Counted from the stretch's first letter, positions 45,245-57,220 are shown. The stretch: DNA of 64,000 nucleotides from an uncultured Acidobacteriota bacterium (GCA_963792785.1 CAWBXO010000002.1:256330-320329); one strand, 5' to 3'. The notes: generated from the sequence alone by a model not told the origin. Translations and numbers: made by a program.

Positions 45245-47578
45245 TCAAAAGCGGTAGAACGCATTCACGTACAAGTTCCGTCCTGGCTCGCGAACCCGCA
45301 CCGTCGAACGGAAGGGATCCCGCTGGTACGAGAGGTAGTCGAGATACAGCTTGTCGAAGGCGTTGTCGAGGTTGACCGTCAGGCGCAGCGACTTGAACTG
45401 CCGTCCCGCGCGAAGGTTCAGCACGCCGGAGCCCGGCGTGGGCTCCTCGAGCAGGTCGCTGTCGACGTGGTGCTGCGACGCCGCCACCAGGACCTCCGCC
45501 TCTCCGAACACCGTCAGCCGGTCGTACCGAAGCCCCAGCGACCCGTTGAACGGCGGAATCTCCGCGAGGTTCGTACTGGTGATGCCGCGGCTGGGGTCGG
45601 CCTGCTTGGTGCCTCGCGTGTACGCGGCCATTGCCGTCGCGAACCACCGGTCGGACAACGAGTACGTGACGTTCGCTTCGCCGCTGGTCATGCGGGCGCT
45701 CACACCCTGGTACGACTGTGCGGTCTGATTCATCACGCCGCCGACCGCGTTGATCTTCGCCCCCGGCTCGAGGGCGATGAAATGGCTCAGCCAATCGCGG
45801 TAAACGCTGACGGACGCGACGAGGCGCTGGTACTGGTACGTCACCTCGGCGTTGACGCCGGTATTCCCGGTGGGCGCAAGCGTCGGGTTCCCCACCCAAT
45901 CCGAGCCCATGCGCTGGAGGGCGTAGTAGCGCTCCTGCGGGTCGGGCACGCGCTCGGTATGGCCGATGCCGCCGCCGATCGTCAGATTGGCGGACGCGTG
46001 ATGGGTCACGCGGACGTTTCCCGACGGCATCACGTCCGACGCTGCCGTCGATCGCGTGTCGTGGTAGGCGAAGTACAGATCCGTGTTCGCCTTCTCCGGG
46101 TCGGCCACGCTGCGCGCCCAATCCAGCCGGCCGCCCAAGTCCAGGCGCGTCGCCTTCGACAACGGCCGGCCGTACTCCGCATAAGTGCCGATGCTGTCCG
46201 TGGTGACGTCGGGAATCGCGTATCGGAGCTGGAACTGACTGGCTCTCATCGCAGTGGTGGCGTTCCATCGCCGGCGCGACACCTCGAGACCCATGCTCAG
46301 ACCGGAGAGGTCCGCCTGGACCTTTCCGCCCGCGACGCTCGAGTCGGCCTCCGTGATCATGCTGTAGGGGCGCGGCGAGCCGAGCGATGACGTGCGAAAC
46401 TGATCGGTCATCGAGTGCCCGACACGCGTGAAGTACGCCGCCGTGGAGAACGCCTTGATGCGTCCGTCCGGGTTCGCCACATCGTAGCTGGCCCTGTAGC
46501 GGTCGGCGTGGTCCGAGGTCGCGTCCATCTGCAGATACGGATACAGCACGTTGTCGGCCTGCTGGCCCGTGTACGAGACCTGGACGGTGTGCCCGGCGCG
46601 CGGCGATAGAAACAGGTTCAGCCAGCCGGTATTCGCGCCGAACGCCGGCGAGCCGGCGTTTTCGGGACGATAGTTCGCCTCGTCGGTGAATCTCGCGCCG
46701 GAGCCGTCGCGATACGCGTCCGACGCCCGATACGAGTAGCCGCCCAGGAGGGACCACTTGCGTGTCCCGTACGACATCGTGGCGGACGGGTTGAGATAGC
46801 GGAACGACCCGACGGAGACATTCGTTTCCGAATGGAATCCCTCGGCTGGCTTCTTCGTCACGATGTTGACCACGCCGCCCAGGCTTCCCGGGTTCAGGAC
46901 ATCGAACGGCCCCTTGCCGACGTCGATGTGATCCACCTCGGCGAAGTCAGCGTGGAACACGGCGGGATCCATGTCGTTGGGACAGGCCCCGTAGACCGTC
47001 TGACCGTCGATGAGGATCGTGAGATCCTTGCCCCGGTAGCCGTGCAGGACGATGTCGTTGCCGAGGCCGCCCTTTCGGATCTTCGACACACCGTTCATGC
47101 GAGACAGCGCTTCGCCGATGTCCCGCGCCGTGCTTTCCCGGATCTCGGACGCCTGGATGCTGTCCCGCGTCGCCGCCGCGACGACCGTCACGACCTCGCT
47201 GTAGGTCGCGGGCGCCATCGTGAAGTCCACCTCGCGCGTCTGTCCCTCGGCCACGACCAGATCGCGAAGAATCTGCGTCTGGAAGCCGTCCAGATCCGCG
47301 CGCACCTCGTAGCGCCCTGGGCGGAGCCCTGTTCCGCGGTAGCCGCCGTGATCGCCGGTGACGACGGTCACGGTCGAACCGCCCGTGACGTCGGTAATGG
47401 TCACGACGACGCCAGGCAGACGCGCGGCGTCCGGGTCCGTGACAAAGCCGACGACCGCGCCGGGGCCGGCTTGCTCGGGCGCCGCCTCAGGACGCACGGC
47501 TGTCTGGGCCGCGCTCCGTGCCGGAAACGACAAGACAAGACACACGATCGCCAGCGCCCCGATCGATGATCGATCCAT
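45245..47578 (-). CDS. TonB-dependent outer-membrane receptor with N-terminal carboxypeptidase-regulatory-like (CarbopepD_reg_2) domain
   Basis: Signal peptide, then 'VVGFVTDPDAARLPGVVVTITD...GGYRGTGLRPGRYEVRADLDGF', then the plug ('ALSRMNGVSKIRKGGLGNDIVLHGYRGKDLTILIDG'). A 22-strand-type barrel ends in the terminal 'NAFYRF'. The longest ORF starts at 47596. Confidence 0.85.
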   Translation of the reverse strand: MDRSSIGALAIVCLVLSFPARSAAQTAVRPEAAPEQAGPGAVVGFVTDPDAARLPGVVVTITDVTGGSTVTVVTGDHGGYRGTGLRPGRYEVRADLDGFQTQILRDLVVAEGQTREVDFTMAPATYSEVVTVVAAATRDSIQASEIRESTARDIGEALSRMNGVSKIRKGGLGNDIVLHGYRGKDLTILIDGQTVYGACPNDMDPAVFHADFAEVDHIDVGKGPFDVLNPGSLGGVVNIVTKKPAEGFHSETNVSVGSFRYLNPSATMSYGTRKWSLLGGYSYRASDAYRDGSGARFTDEANYRPENAGSPAFGANTGWLNLFLSPRAGHTVQVSYTGQQADNVLYPYLQMDATSDHADRYRASYDVANPDGRIKAFSTAAYFTRVGHSMTDQFRTSSLGSPRPYSMITEADSSVAGGKVQADLSGLSMGLEVSRRRWNATTAMRASQFQLRYAIPDVTTDSIGTYAEYGRPLSKATRLDLGGRLDWARSVADPEKANTDLYFAYHDTRSTAASDVMPSGNVRVTHHASANLTIGGGIGHTERVPDPQERYYALQRMGSDWVGNPTLAPTGNTGVNAEVTYQYQRLVASVSVYRDWLSHFIALEPGAKINAVGGVMNQTAQSYQGVSARMTSGEANVTYSLSDRWFATAMAAYTRGTKQADPSRGITSTNLAEIPPFNGSLGLRYDRLTVFGEAEVLVAASQHHVDSDLLEEPTPGSGVLNLRAGRQFKSLRLTVNLDNAFDKLYLDYLSYQRDPFRSTVRVREPGRNLYVNAFYRF

Positions 47579-48071
47579 TTGTGATCGCATACACACACCC
47601 TCCTCGAGATGACGTGATCGCGGAAGGGACCTCCCGTTCCGCAGCTCCGGCGAGAGCCGGACGTCGACACGACGCCGAACGAGGAGCTACGCGCGAGGAG
47701 GGGGTGCGATCGGGAACGAGGAACAGGTCGAGGGGACGAGCCGGCGCCTCTTGGGGGGCCGGTGCGCCGACGGACGGGCCGGTTACGCGGGTCGGCGTGG
47801 TGAGGACGCCGGTTTCGCCAATCAGCGCTGCGACGATGGCGATGCCGTCGTCAGCCGCGCCGCGGCACGAGCACGACTTCGAGTCGCCGCTCGACGGCGC
47901 ATGGTGCATTGGGCACTCGGCGCCATCGCCATGCGCGCACGTGCACTGCACGGACGTGGCGTCGCTCGACACGGCGCCACACAGGGCAACCGGGGCAGCG
48001 CTCACGAATGTGAGCTGGAGCACCAGCCAACTGCCCGCGAGCCGCGTGAGGCGATGACGCATCCGTTGCAT
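47487..48071 (-). CDS. Hypothetical Cys/His-rich exported protein (extent uncertain)
   Basis: ATG lies 7 nt after the upstream stop. Hydrophobic N-terminus 'LTRLAGSWLVLQLTFVSAAPVAL', then 'CGAVSSDATSVQCTCAHGDGAECPMHHAPSSGDSKSCSC'. The 3' end overlaps the TonB-receptor start by about 90 nt, so the real stop or frame is doubtful. Confidence 0.3.
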   Translation of the reverse strand: MQRMRHRLTRLAGSWLVLQLTFVSAAPVALCGAVSSDATSVQCTCAHGDGAECPMHHAPSSGDSKSCSCRGAADDGIAIVAALIGETGVLTTPTRVTGPSVGAPAPQEAPARPLDLFLVPDRTPSSRVAPRSASCRRPALAGAAEREVPSAITSSRGGCVYAITNGSIIDRGAGDRVSCLVVSGTERGPDSRAS

Positions 48072-48078
48072 CGCGTGA

Positions 48079-48621
48079 CTACTTCTGCACGATAACCGGA
48101 TCGCCGGTCTCGTGCTCCTTGATCTGATACCGCAGGAAGTCGTGGATCGCGTCCCGCGCGTCGGCGTTCGACGTGGCAATCCGGACGACGCCTCCGCGCT
48201 CGGTGGCCTGGTACGTGTACGTGATCTCCGTCTCGAGCCGCTGCATCGTCGCGACCCCGGGCGGCATTTCGCCGTGCGTCATGAGCGGCTTCTCGAAGTC
48301 GCCCCGGGCGAACGCCTGGGCAATCTCCTGGAGGTGCGCCCGGACTTCACCGAGCGTCGTCTCGTCGGTCGGATCGTTGGCGACGACGGCAATCGCGCCG
48401 CCCTCGGCGGTCAGCGTGAAGTGATGCGTGGCCTTGTCCTGGTCGAAGCCCATGGCCATCTGGCCGTGTTGCTTCAACTCGGCCTCCTTCTTCAACTGGG
48501 CCATGTGCTGTTCGTGCGTCATGCCCGCGGGCATGTCCGGATGTTGCTGGGCCGCCACGACGGACACGAATGGGAGGCTCACGAAGACGAAGACCGCCGA
48601 GAGCCGAGCCAAGGGTTTCAT
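48079..48621 (-). CDS. Periplasmic His/Met-rich hypothetical protein
   Basis: Signal peptide 'MKPLARLSAVFVFVSLPFVSVVAAQQ', then 'HPDMPAGMTHEQHMAQL...HGQMAMGFDQDKATHHF'. A truncated paralog lies at 56461..56697. Confidence 0.5.
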   Translation of the reverse strand: MKPLARLSAVFVFVSLPFVSVVAAQQHPDMPAGMTHEQHMAQLKKEAELKQHGQMAMGFDQDKATHHFTLTAEGGAIAVVANDPTDETTLGEVRAHLQEIAQAFARGDFEKPLMTHGEMPPGVATMQRLETEITYTYQATERGGVVRIATSNADARDAIHDFLRYQIKEHETGDPVIVQK

Positions 48622-48627
48622 GGCATC

Positions 48628-48659
48628 ATCATAGACCCTCGAACGGGTTCAAGGGTCAA
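48628..48659 (-). promoter_or_regulatory. MerR-type promoter/operator: -35 TTGACC, 20-bp spacer containing an 11-bp-arm dyad, -10 TATGAT
   Basis: The minus strand reads ggggacTTGACCcttgaacccgttcgagggtcTATGATgatgccATG. The dyad is GACCCTTGAAC-cc-GTTCGAGGGTC (10/11 complementary) and overlaps the -35 and spacer. The -10 ends 6 nt before the ATG of 48079..48621, implying a leaderless or near-leaderless transcript. The merR-family gene ends 30 nt upstream. Confidence 0.55.
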
Positions 48660-48688
48660 GTCCCCTCTGTCCGCGATGGCCCCAGGGG

Positions 48689-49153
48689 TCAGGATCGGGT
48701 CTTGAGATTCGGCAGCGGAGCACGAGCCGGAAGACGATCGTCGGCCCCCAGGGACTCCAGCAGGCGTGCCGACTGGTTCGGGGGCGTACGCGCCAGGCGC
48801 TGATCCCAGTCCCGAATCGTCCGGTTGATGTCCTTACGGGCCGCCGTCAGCTCCGCGATTCGCCGATCCACTGCGGCAAGAATGCGATCGGCCGCGACAC
48901 GAACGTCGCGACATGGCGTGCCGCCTGCAGCCCGCACTCGCAGGAACCCAGCCACGTCGCGCAAGGAGAAGCCAAACCGCAGAGCGTGCCGAACGAGCCG
49001 GACCCGATCGACCGCGGACGCCGGGAACTGCCTGTAGCCTGCGGCTGTTCGCGTCGCCTTGGGCAGCAAGCCGAGCCGCTCGTAGTGCCGGATCGTATCG
49101 ACGCTGACGCCCGCGCGCTCGGCAATCTCTCCGATCCGCAATGCATCGGCCAT
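48689..49153 (-). CDS. MerR-family transcriptional regulator
   Basis: 'LRIGEIAERAGVSVDTIRHYERLGLLPKATRTAAGYRQF' is the wHTH, followed by a coiled-coil dimerisation helix. There is a single Cys ('GGTPCRDV') and no CueR-type C-terminal Cys pair. Confidence 0.85.
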   Translation of the reverse strand: MADALRIGEIAERAGVSVDTIRHYERLGLLPKATRTAAGYRQFPASAVDRVRLVRHALRFGFSLRDVAGFLRVRAAGGTPCRDVRVAADRILAAVDRRIAELTAARKDINRTIRDWDQRLARTPPNQSARLLESLGADDRLPARAPLPNLKTRS

Positions 49154-49189
49154 GTTGGCAATGATACGGCGAATGGACCGATCGCCGCG

Positions 49190-50212
49190 CTACGGCCGCA
49201 GCGTCGGCCATTCTTCGATCGCGATCTTCCCCGCCAGCCGGACGCCGCCGCTCCCGTCCGGACCGAGCACGAGTGTTCCTCCGTCCGGCAGGTCCGCCGC
49301 CCACTGCGGAAACGCGCCGGCGATGTTCGGCTGGTGCGTCACGAAAATCGTGTCCGTCCCCGCCGGCCATTCGGCGACCGCGCGGCGGAGCCACGCCGCC
49401 TGCGCGTCCGACACGCCGTTCATGCTCTGGCCGCCGTCGCCGAGCTCGGGCTGAACGCGGGGATCGGCAAGCCCGGCCAGCCTCGCGGTTTCCCTGGCTC
49501 GATAGGTTGGACTGACGAACACCAGTCCCACGGGAATCTTCAGATCGCGGATCGCGCGGCCCATCGCAGTCGCGGTGTCACGGCCGTTCCGGTCGAGCTG
49601 CCGTTCGAGACGGGTGTTGTCCGGATCGGCCGACTGCCGGTCCGGCGGTTCCCGCGGCGAGCTGGCGTGCCTGACGACAAGGGCGTAGCCGCCCTGCCGG
49701 AGCGCGGCCACCAACGCCGCGCCCGCCAGCAGGTCGGCCGACTGCGGCGGCGCGAACACCTGGTTCGGATACGGATTGGCGGCCGGGCGCTGCACGCGAT
49801 TGAACCCGAAGTCGGTGGCCTCGTGGCAGCTGTTGCACGCCGTCGTCAACGCGTCGAAGGCCTGAACGAACGCGGCACGGTCTTTCTGCTCCACTGCCGA
49901 TCTCAACTCCGCGAGCGGTTCCGTCACCATGCGCGGGATCGCGTCTTTCGGGTCGACGGGCGATTCCTTGTGGGTCGGGTGGTACGCCACCACGTCGTCG
50001 AACCCCTCGCCCAACTCGTCGAGCTCGTACGCGGCGAGCTGCCAGTTGCCGGCGTCTCCGGCGAGCCACAGTTTCGCGTGGCGCATCTGCTGCAGGCTCA
50101 TGATCTCGCCCAGCCCCGGGACGTACGCGCCGGCGGCGCCGCCGCATGCGGCGCCGAGGCAGGCCGAAAGCATCGCCGCCACGGCGAGCGCGATGCGCGT
50201 GTGCTTCTCCAT
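49190..50212 (-). CDS. Lipoprotein fusing a cytochrome c'-like four-helix domain (C-terminal CXXCH) with a histidine-phosphatase (PGAM/SixA-like) domain
   Basis: Lipobox 'AAMLSAC'. A helical about 140-aa region ends in 'ALTTACNSCHEATDF'. The C-terminal half has 'YALVVRHASS...' (RHG-type motif), 'FVSPTYRARETA' and 'IFVTHQPNI'. Confidence 0.6.
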   Translation of the reverse strand: MEKHTRIALAVAAMLSACLGAACGGAAGAYVPGLGEIMSLQQMRHAKLWLAGDAGNWQLAAYELDELGEGFDDVVAYHPTHKESPVDPKDAIPRMVTEPLAELRSAVEQKDRAAFVQAFDALTTACNSCHEATDFGFNRVQRPAANPYPNQVFAPPQSADLLAGAALVAALRQGGYALVVRHASSPREPPDRQSADPDNTRLERQLDRNGRDTATAMGRAIRDLKIPVGLVFVSPTYRARETARLAGLADPRVQPELGDGGQSMNGVSDAQAAWLRRAVAEWPAGTDTIFVTHQPNIAGAFPQWAADLPDGGTLVLGPDGSGGVRLAGKIAIEEWPTLRP

Positions 50213-50259
50213 TCATCACCTCGATTTCCCCGATGAGCGCGGTGCTATTATCGTGCCCG

Positions 50260-50571
50260 ATGCGCGATCCCGTCGAACGCGAGTTCCTGCTCGCCTTCTG
50301 GAAGATTCATATCCTGCACCATGCCGGCGAGCAGGGCGTCTACGGGCAGTGGATGCTCGAGGAACTGCACCGCCACGGCTATCGGCTGAGCCCCGGCACG
50401 CTCTACCCGATCCTGGCGCGCATGGCGCGGCACGGCTGGCTGCGTCCGGTGGAGCGCCAGCGCTCCAAGGCCGCGCGCGTGTACCGGCTGACGCCGAAGG
50501 GGCGCAAGGTCCTCAAGCAGGTGCTCGCCGCTCTGGATGAGCTCTCGCACGAAGTCGACGAGCATCGTTGA
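50260..50571 (+). CDS. PadR-family transcriptional regulator
   Basis: 'FWKIHILHHAGEQGVYGQWMLEELHRHGYRLSPGTLYPILARMARHGWL...RVYRLTPKGRKVL'. Confidence 0.85.
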   Translation: MRDPVEREFLLAFWKIHILHHAGEQGVYGQWMLEELHRHGYRLSPGTLYPILARMARHGWLRPVERQRSKAARVYRLTPKGRKVLKQVLAALDELSHEVDEHR

Positions 50572-50624
50572 CATCCGCGCTCGCACCCGCCTAATATTAC
50601 GGTCTTCGTAAACGATTCACGATA

Positions 50625-52065
50625 ATGAATCCGACGATACCGCGCGCGCCTGCCGTCGCGTGCCTGCTGACGTCGATCGTGCTGGCGCCGCTCGCCGCGG
50701 CCGCCCAGGCGCCGCCGCCTCGGGACCCCGCCGCCCCCGTGTTGTTCACACTCGAGGAGGCGATCCGCTACGCCGCCGATCACTATCCGTCCGTGCGGGC
50801 GGCGATCGAACAGGTCGCCGCGTCCGACGCCGGCGTTCGCGTCGCGCGCGCGGCCGCTCTGCCGAGGCTCGATTCGGTGTGGCAGACGAATCGCGCGACC
50901 GCCAACAACATCTTCGGACAACTCCTGCCGCAGTCGGTGATCTCGCCGATTTCCGGCCCGGTACTCGCGTCGCCGTCCGCCGACAGCGCGTGGAGCAGCG
51001 CCGTCGGCGCGCTCGCGTCGTGGGAACCGTTCGACTTCGGCCTCCGCGGAGCGGGGGTGGCCGGCGCCGAAGCCGCCCTCACCCGCGCGCGCGCCGACGA
51101 GGCCCTCACGCGCCTCGACGTCCAGAACGCCGTCGGCGAGGCCTTCCTCGACGTGCTGGCCGCCCAGCAGGCGAGCACGGCCGCGCAGGCGGATCTCGAT
51201 CGGCGCGACGTCCTGCGCCGCTCGATCCAGGCGCTCGTGGACAACCAGCTTCGGCCCGGCGCGGACGCCTCGCGGGCCGACGCCGAGCGCGCGGATGCCG
51301 AAACGCGCGTGATTCGAGGCGCGGCGCGACGCGACGCTCGCGCGGATCGACGCTCTCCCGCCTGCTCGGGCTCGGCGCCGGCCCCGGCATCACGGCGGTC
51401 GGCGGCGCGCTGCTCGAGCGCGAAGCGCCGGCCGCGCCGTCGAGCGGGGCCGCGGAACCCGCGGTCCATCCGCTCGCGCAGGCCCAGCAGGCCGCGGTCG
51501 AGCAGGCGCAGGCCGCCGAGCGGACGCTGGCCCGCACCGACCTGCCGCGCGTGTTCCTGCAATCCAGCGTGTCGGCCCGGGGCAGCGGCGCGAATGCCGA
51601 CCGGTCCGTTCGACGGCGGCGCGGGGGGCCTCGGTCTCGAGCGGGTGAACTGGGCCGCCGGCGTGCAGGTCGTCTTCCCGAACATCTTCGACTTGTCGAG
51701 TCTTCGCGCGCGAAAGGACGCCGCGGCCGCGGCCGCGCGCGATCGAGGGCGCGCGGTACGACGAAGCGCTGCTCACCGTCACGAGCCAGCAGCAGCGCGC
51801 GGCGGCGCTCCTGGAGGCGTCGCGGGCCATTGCCGCCAACACGCCCGTGCAGCTCGCGGCGGCGCGGCAGAGCGAGTCGCAGGCGCGGGCGCGCTACGAC
51901 GCCGGCCTGGCGGGCCTGAGCGAGGTGGCCGACGCGCAGAGCCTGCTGGCGCGGGCCGAGATGCAGGACGCGCTCGCGCGCGTCGACGTGTGGCGGGCGC
52001 TGCTCGCCGGGGCGGTCGCGCAAGGCGACCTCGGCCCGTTCCTGAACCTGGTGCGCCAGCCGTGA
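50625..52065 (+). pseudogene. TolC-like outer-membrane efflux factor (OMF), at least 4 frameshifts
   Basis: Frame 0 carries 'LFTLEEAIRYAADHYPSVRAA...LPRLDSVWQTNRATANNIFG...'. It then switches near 51320 ('EARRDATLARIDAL'), near 51365 ('LLGLGAGPGITAV...LPRVFLQSSVSARGSGANAD'), near 51600 ('GPFDGGAGGLGLERVNWAAGVQVVFPNIFDLSSLRARK') and near 51745 ('IEGARYDEALLTVTSQQ...ARARYDAGLAGLSEVADAQ...'). OMF homology continues across all the frames. Confidence 0.75.
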
Positions 52066-52079
52066 GAGGGTCCCGAGCC

Positions 52080-55271
<3,192 letters not shown>

Positions 55272-55275
<4 letters not shown>

Positions 55276-56456
55276 GCACACGCCACTCCTCCTGGACCAT
55301 CCGGCGGACACTCGCTCTGGGCTGCTGGCTCGCCGTGGGCGTCGCGGGCTGCGGTGGCCCGGGCGCTCCCGCGCCGTCCGGCGAAGCCGCCGCGCCGCAG
55401 ACGCCGACGATCGATGTCGTCCGCGTCGTCGCACACCCGGTCGACGTGACGCTCGACATGCCGGGAGAGCTGGACCCGTACGAGAGCGTCGCGATCTTTC
55501 CGAGGGTGACCGCCTTCGTGAAGACGATGCGCGTCGATCGGGGGTCGCAGGTGCGAGCGGGCGAATTGCTGGCGGAACTCGACGCGCCGGAAATGCTCGC
55601 GCAGCGCGCCGAAGCGCAGTCGAAGCTGCAAGGCGCCCAGGCCGATCTCGCTGCGGCGCGCGCGGACGCGGACGCCGATCGCGGCACGTACGAGAAGCTG
55701 CAGGCCGCCTCCGCGACGCCCGGCGTGGTCGCCGGGAACGATCTCACCCTGGCCCAGAAGACGGCGGACGCCGCCCAGAGCCGGATCGCGGCCGCCGAGC
55801 AGAGTGTGGAGGCCGCGCGCCAGGCGCTGAACTCCGTCACGCAGATGGAGGACTACCTGAGAGTGACGGCGCCCTTCGCGGGCGTGGTCACCGAACGCAA
55901 CGTGCACCCGGGAGCCCTCGTGGGGCCGGGCGGCGGATCCACCGGCGGCGCGCCGATGCTGCGCATCGTCAACACGCGCCGGCTGCGCCTCGTGGTGCCG
56001 GTGCCGGAAGCCTATGTCGCCGGCGTCACGCCAGGCGGCGCGATCCCGTTCACCGTGCCGGCCTATCCCGGCCGGACGTTCTCGGCAACGGTCGCCCGAC
56101 TCGCGCACGCCATCGATGTGAAAACGCGGACGATGGCCGTCGAGCTCGACGTCGACAACGCGGACGGACAACTGGCCGCCGGCACGTTCTGCCAGGTGCG
56201 GTGGCCCGTCCGCCGGCCGCAGCCGTCGCTGTTCGTGCCGAGCGCCAGCGTGACGAGCACGACCGGGCGGACGTTCGTCGTGCGCATTCGCGACGGGAAG
56301 ACGGAGTGGATCGACGTCAGGACCGGGCTGACGCAAGGCGCCACGGTCGAAGTATTCGGCGATCTCCAGGCCGGAGATCAGGTCGCCGTCCGCGGCACGG
56401 ACGAGACGCCAGCGGGAACGCAGGTGATCGTCAAGGACGCGGCGGCCGTCTCATGA
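55272..56456 (+). CDS. Efflux RND periplasmic adaptor (membrane fusion protein), lipoprotein, apparently intact
   Basis: 'MSTRHSSWTIRRTLALGCWLAVGVAGC' contains the lipobox. 'GELDPYESVAIFPRVTAFVKTMRVDRGSQVRAGELLAELDAPE' is the lipoyl-like part, followed by a coiled-coil hairpin. 'LRVTAPFAGVVTERNVHPGALV' is the beta-barrel part. The ATG overlaps the inferred RND stop as ATGA. Confidence 0.85.
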
Positions 56457-56460
56457 AGAC

Positions 56461-56697
56461 ATGAAGATCCTGACCCGGCTCTCCACGGTCTTCACGCTCG
56501 CGACCGTCCTCGCGCCCCTCGCCGCCGCGCGATCGTTCGCCGAGGGCGATTTCGAGAAGCCGTTGATGACGCACGGTGAGATGCCGCCCGGGGTGGCGAC
56601 GATGCAGCGTCTGAAGGCGAAGATCACGTACACGTACGATTTCCTGCGGTATCAGATCCGGGAGCACGCCACCGGAGATCCCCTCACGGTCCGGTGA
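56461..56697 (+). pseudogene. Truncated, internally deleted paralog of the 48079..48621 periplasmic protein
   Basis: 78-aa ORF. 'FAEGDFEKPLMTHGEMPPGVATMQRLKAKITYTY' and 'DFLRYQIREHATGDPLTV' match 'FARGDFEKPLMTHGEMPPGVATMQRLETEITYTY' and 'DFLRYQIKEHETGDPVIV' in the 180-aa protein. The His/Met-rich N-terminal half and a central segment are missing. Confidence 0.45.
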
Positions 56698-56715
56698 CGG
56701 GCTGAGAAGATCCTG

Positions 56716-57186
56716 TCACGGCTTGGGAGGGCGCACAGAGCGGCGCTTGACCGCGTGGCGGGCGCTCGCCTCCTCGACCGAATGCGACAGCGTGAGGGTC
56801 CGGTCCTTCCGCGCCATGGCGACCAGCGCCCCATGGTACTCGTGCAGCAGCTTCAGCTCGTCCTCGCTCAGATCCTCGACGTCGATCAGGCGGTTGCTCG
56901 CGCCGTCAATCGCCGCCACCAGCTCGTTCAGCTTGAGCTGGATCGCCATGGCGTCCTTGTTCTGGGACCGCTGAATCAGGAACACCATGAGGAACGTGAC
57001 GACCGTCGTGCCCGTGTTGATCACGAGCTGCCACGTGTCGGAATAGCCGAACAGCGGGCCGGTCAGAGCCCAGACAGCGATGATGAGGCAGGCCGCCGCG
57101 AATGCGCTCGTGCCGCCGGTCCACCGGGTGACGGCCCCCGAGAACGACTCGACCGCGTGACTGATCCGCCCGCGCGTGCGCACCAC
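56716..57186 (-). CDS. Low-affinity iron permease family (PF04120-like) membrane protein
   Basis: 'GTSAFAAACLIIAVWALTGPLFGYSDTWQLVINTGTTVVTFLMVFLIQRSQNKDAMAIQLKLNELV' is typical of this family (from memory). Confidence 0.75.
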   Translation of the reverse strand: MVRTRGRISHAVESFSGAVTRWTGGTSAFAAACLIIAVWALTGPLFGYSDTWQLVINTGTTVVTFLMVFLIQRSQNKDAMAIQLKLNELVAAIDGASNRLIDVEDLSEDELKLLHEYHGALVAMARKDRTLTLSHSVEEASARHAVKRRSVRPPKP

Positions 57187-57220
57187 GACGCCTCCGTTAC
57201 CTCGGCTCGAGTCCGGCCGC

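Noticed and set aside
45111-46757. 548-aa minus-strand ORF in an alternative frame of the TonB-dependent receptor
   Set aside because: It lies on the same strand but in a different frame and has an Arg/Pro/Gly-rich translation. The 783-aa frame shows the plug, the barrel and the terminal aromatic residue.
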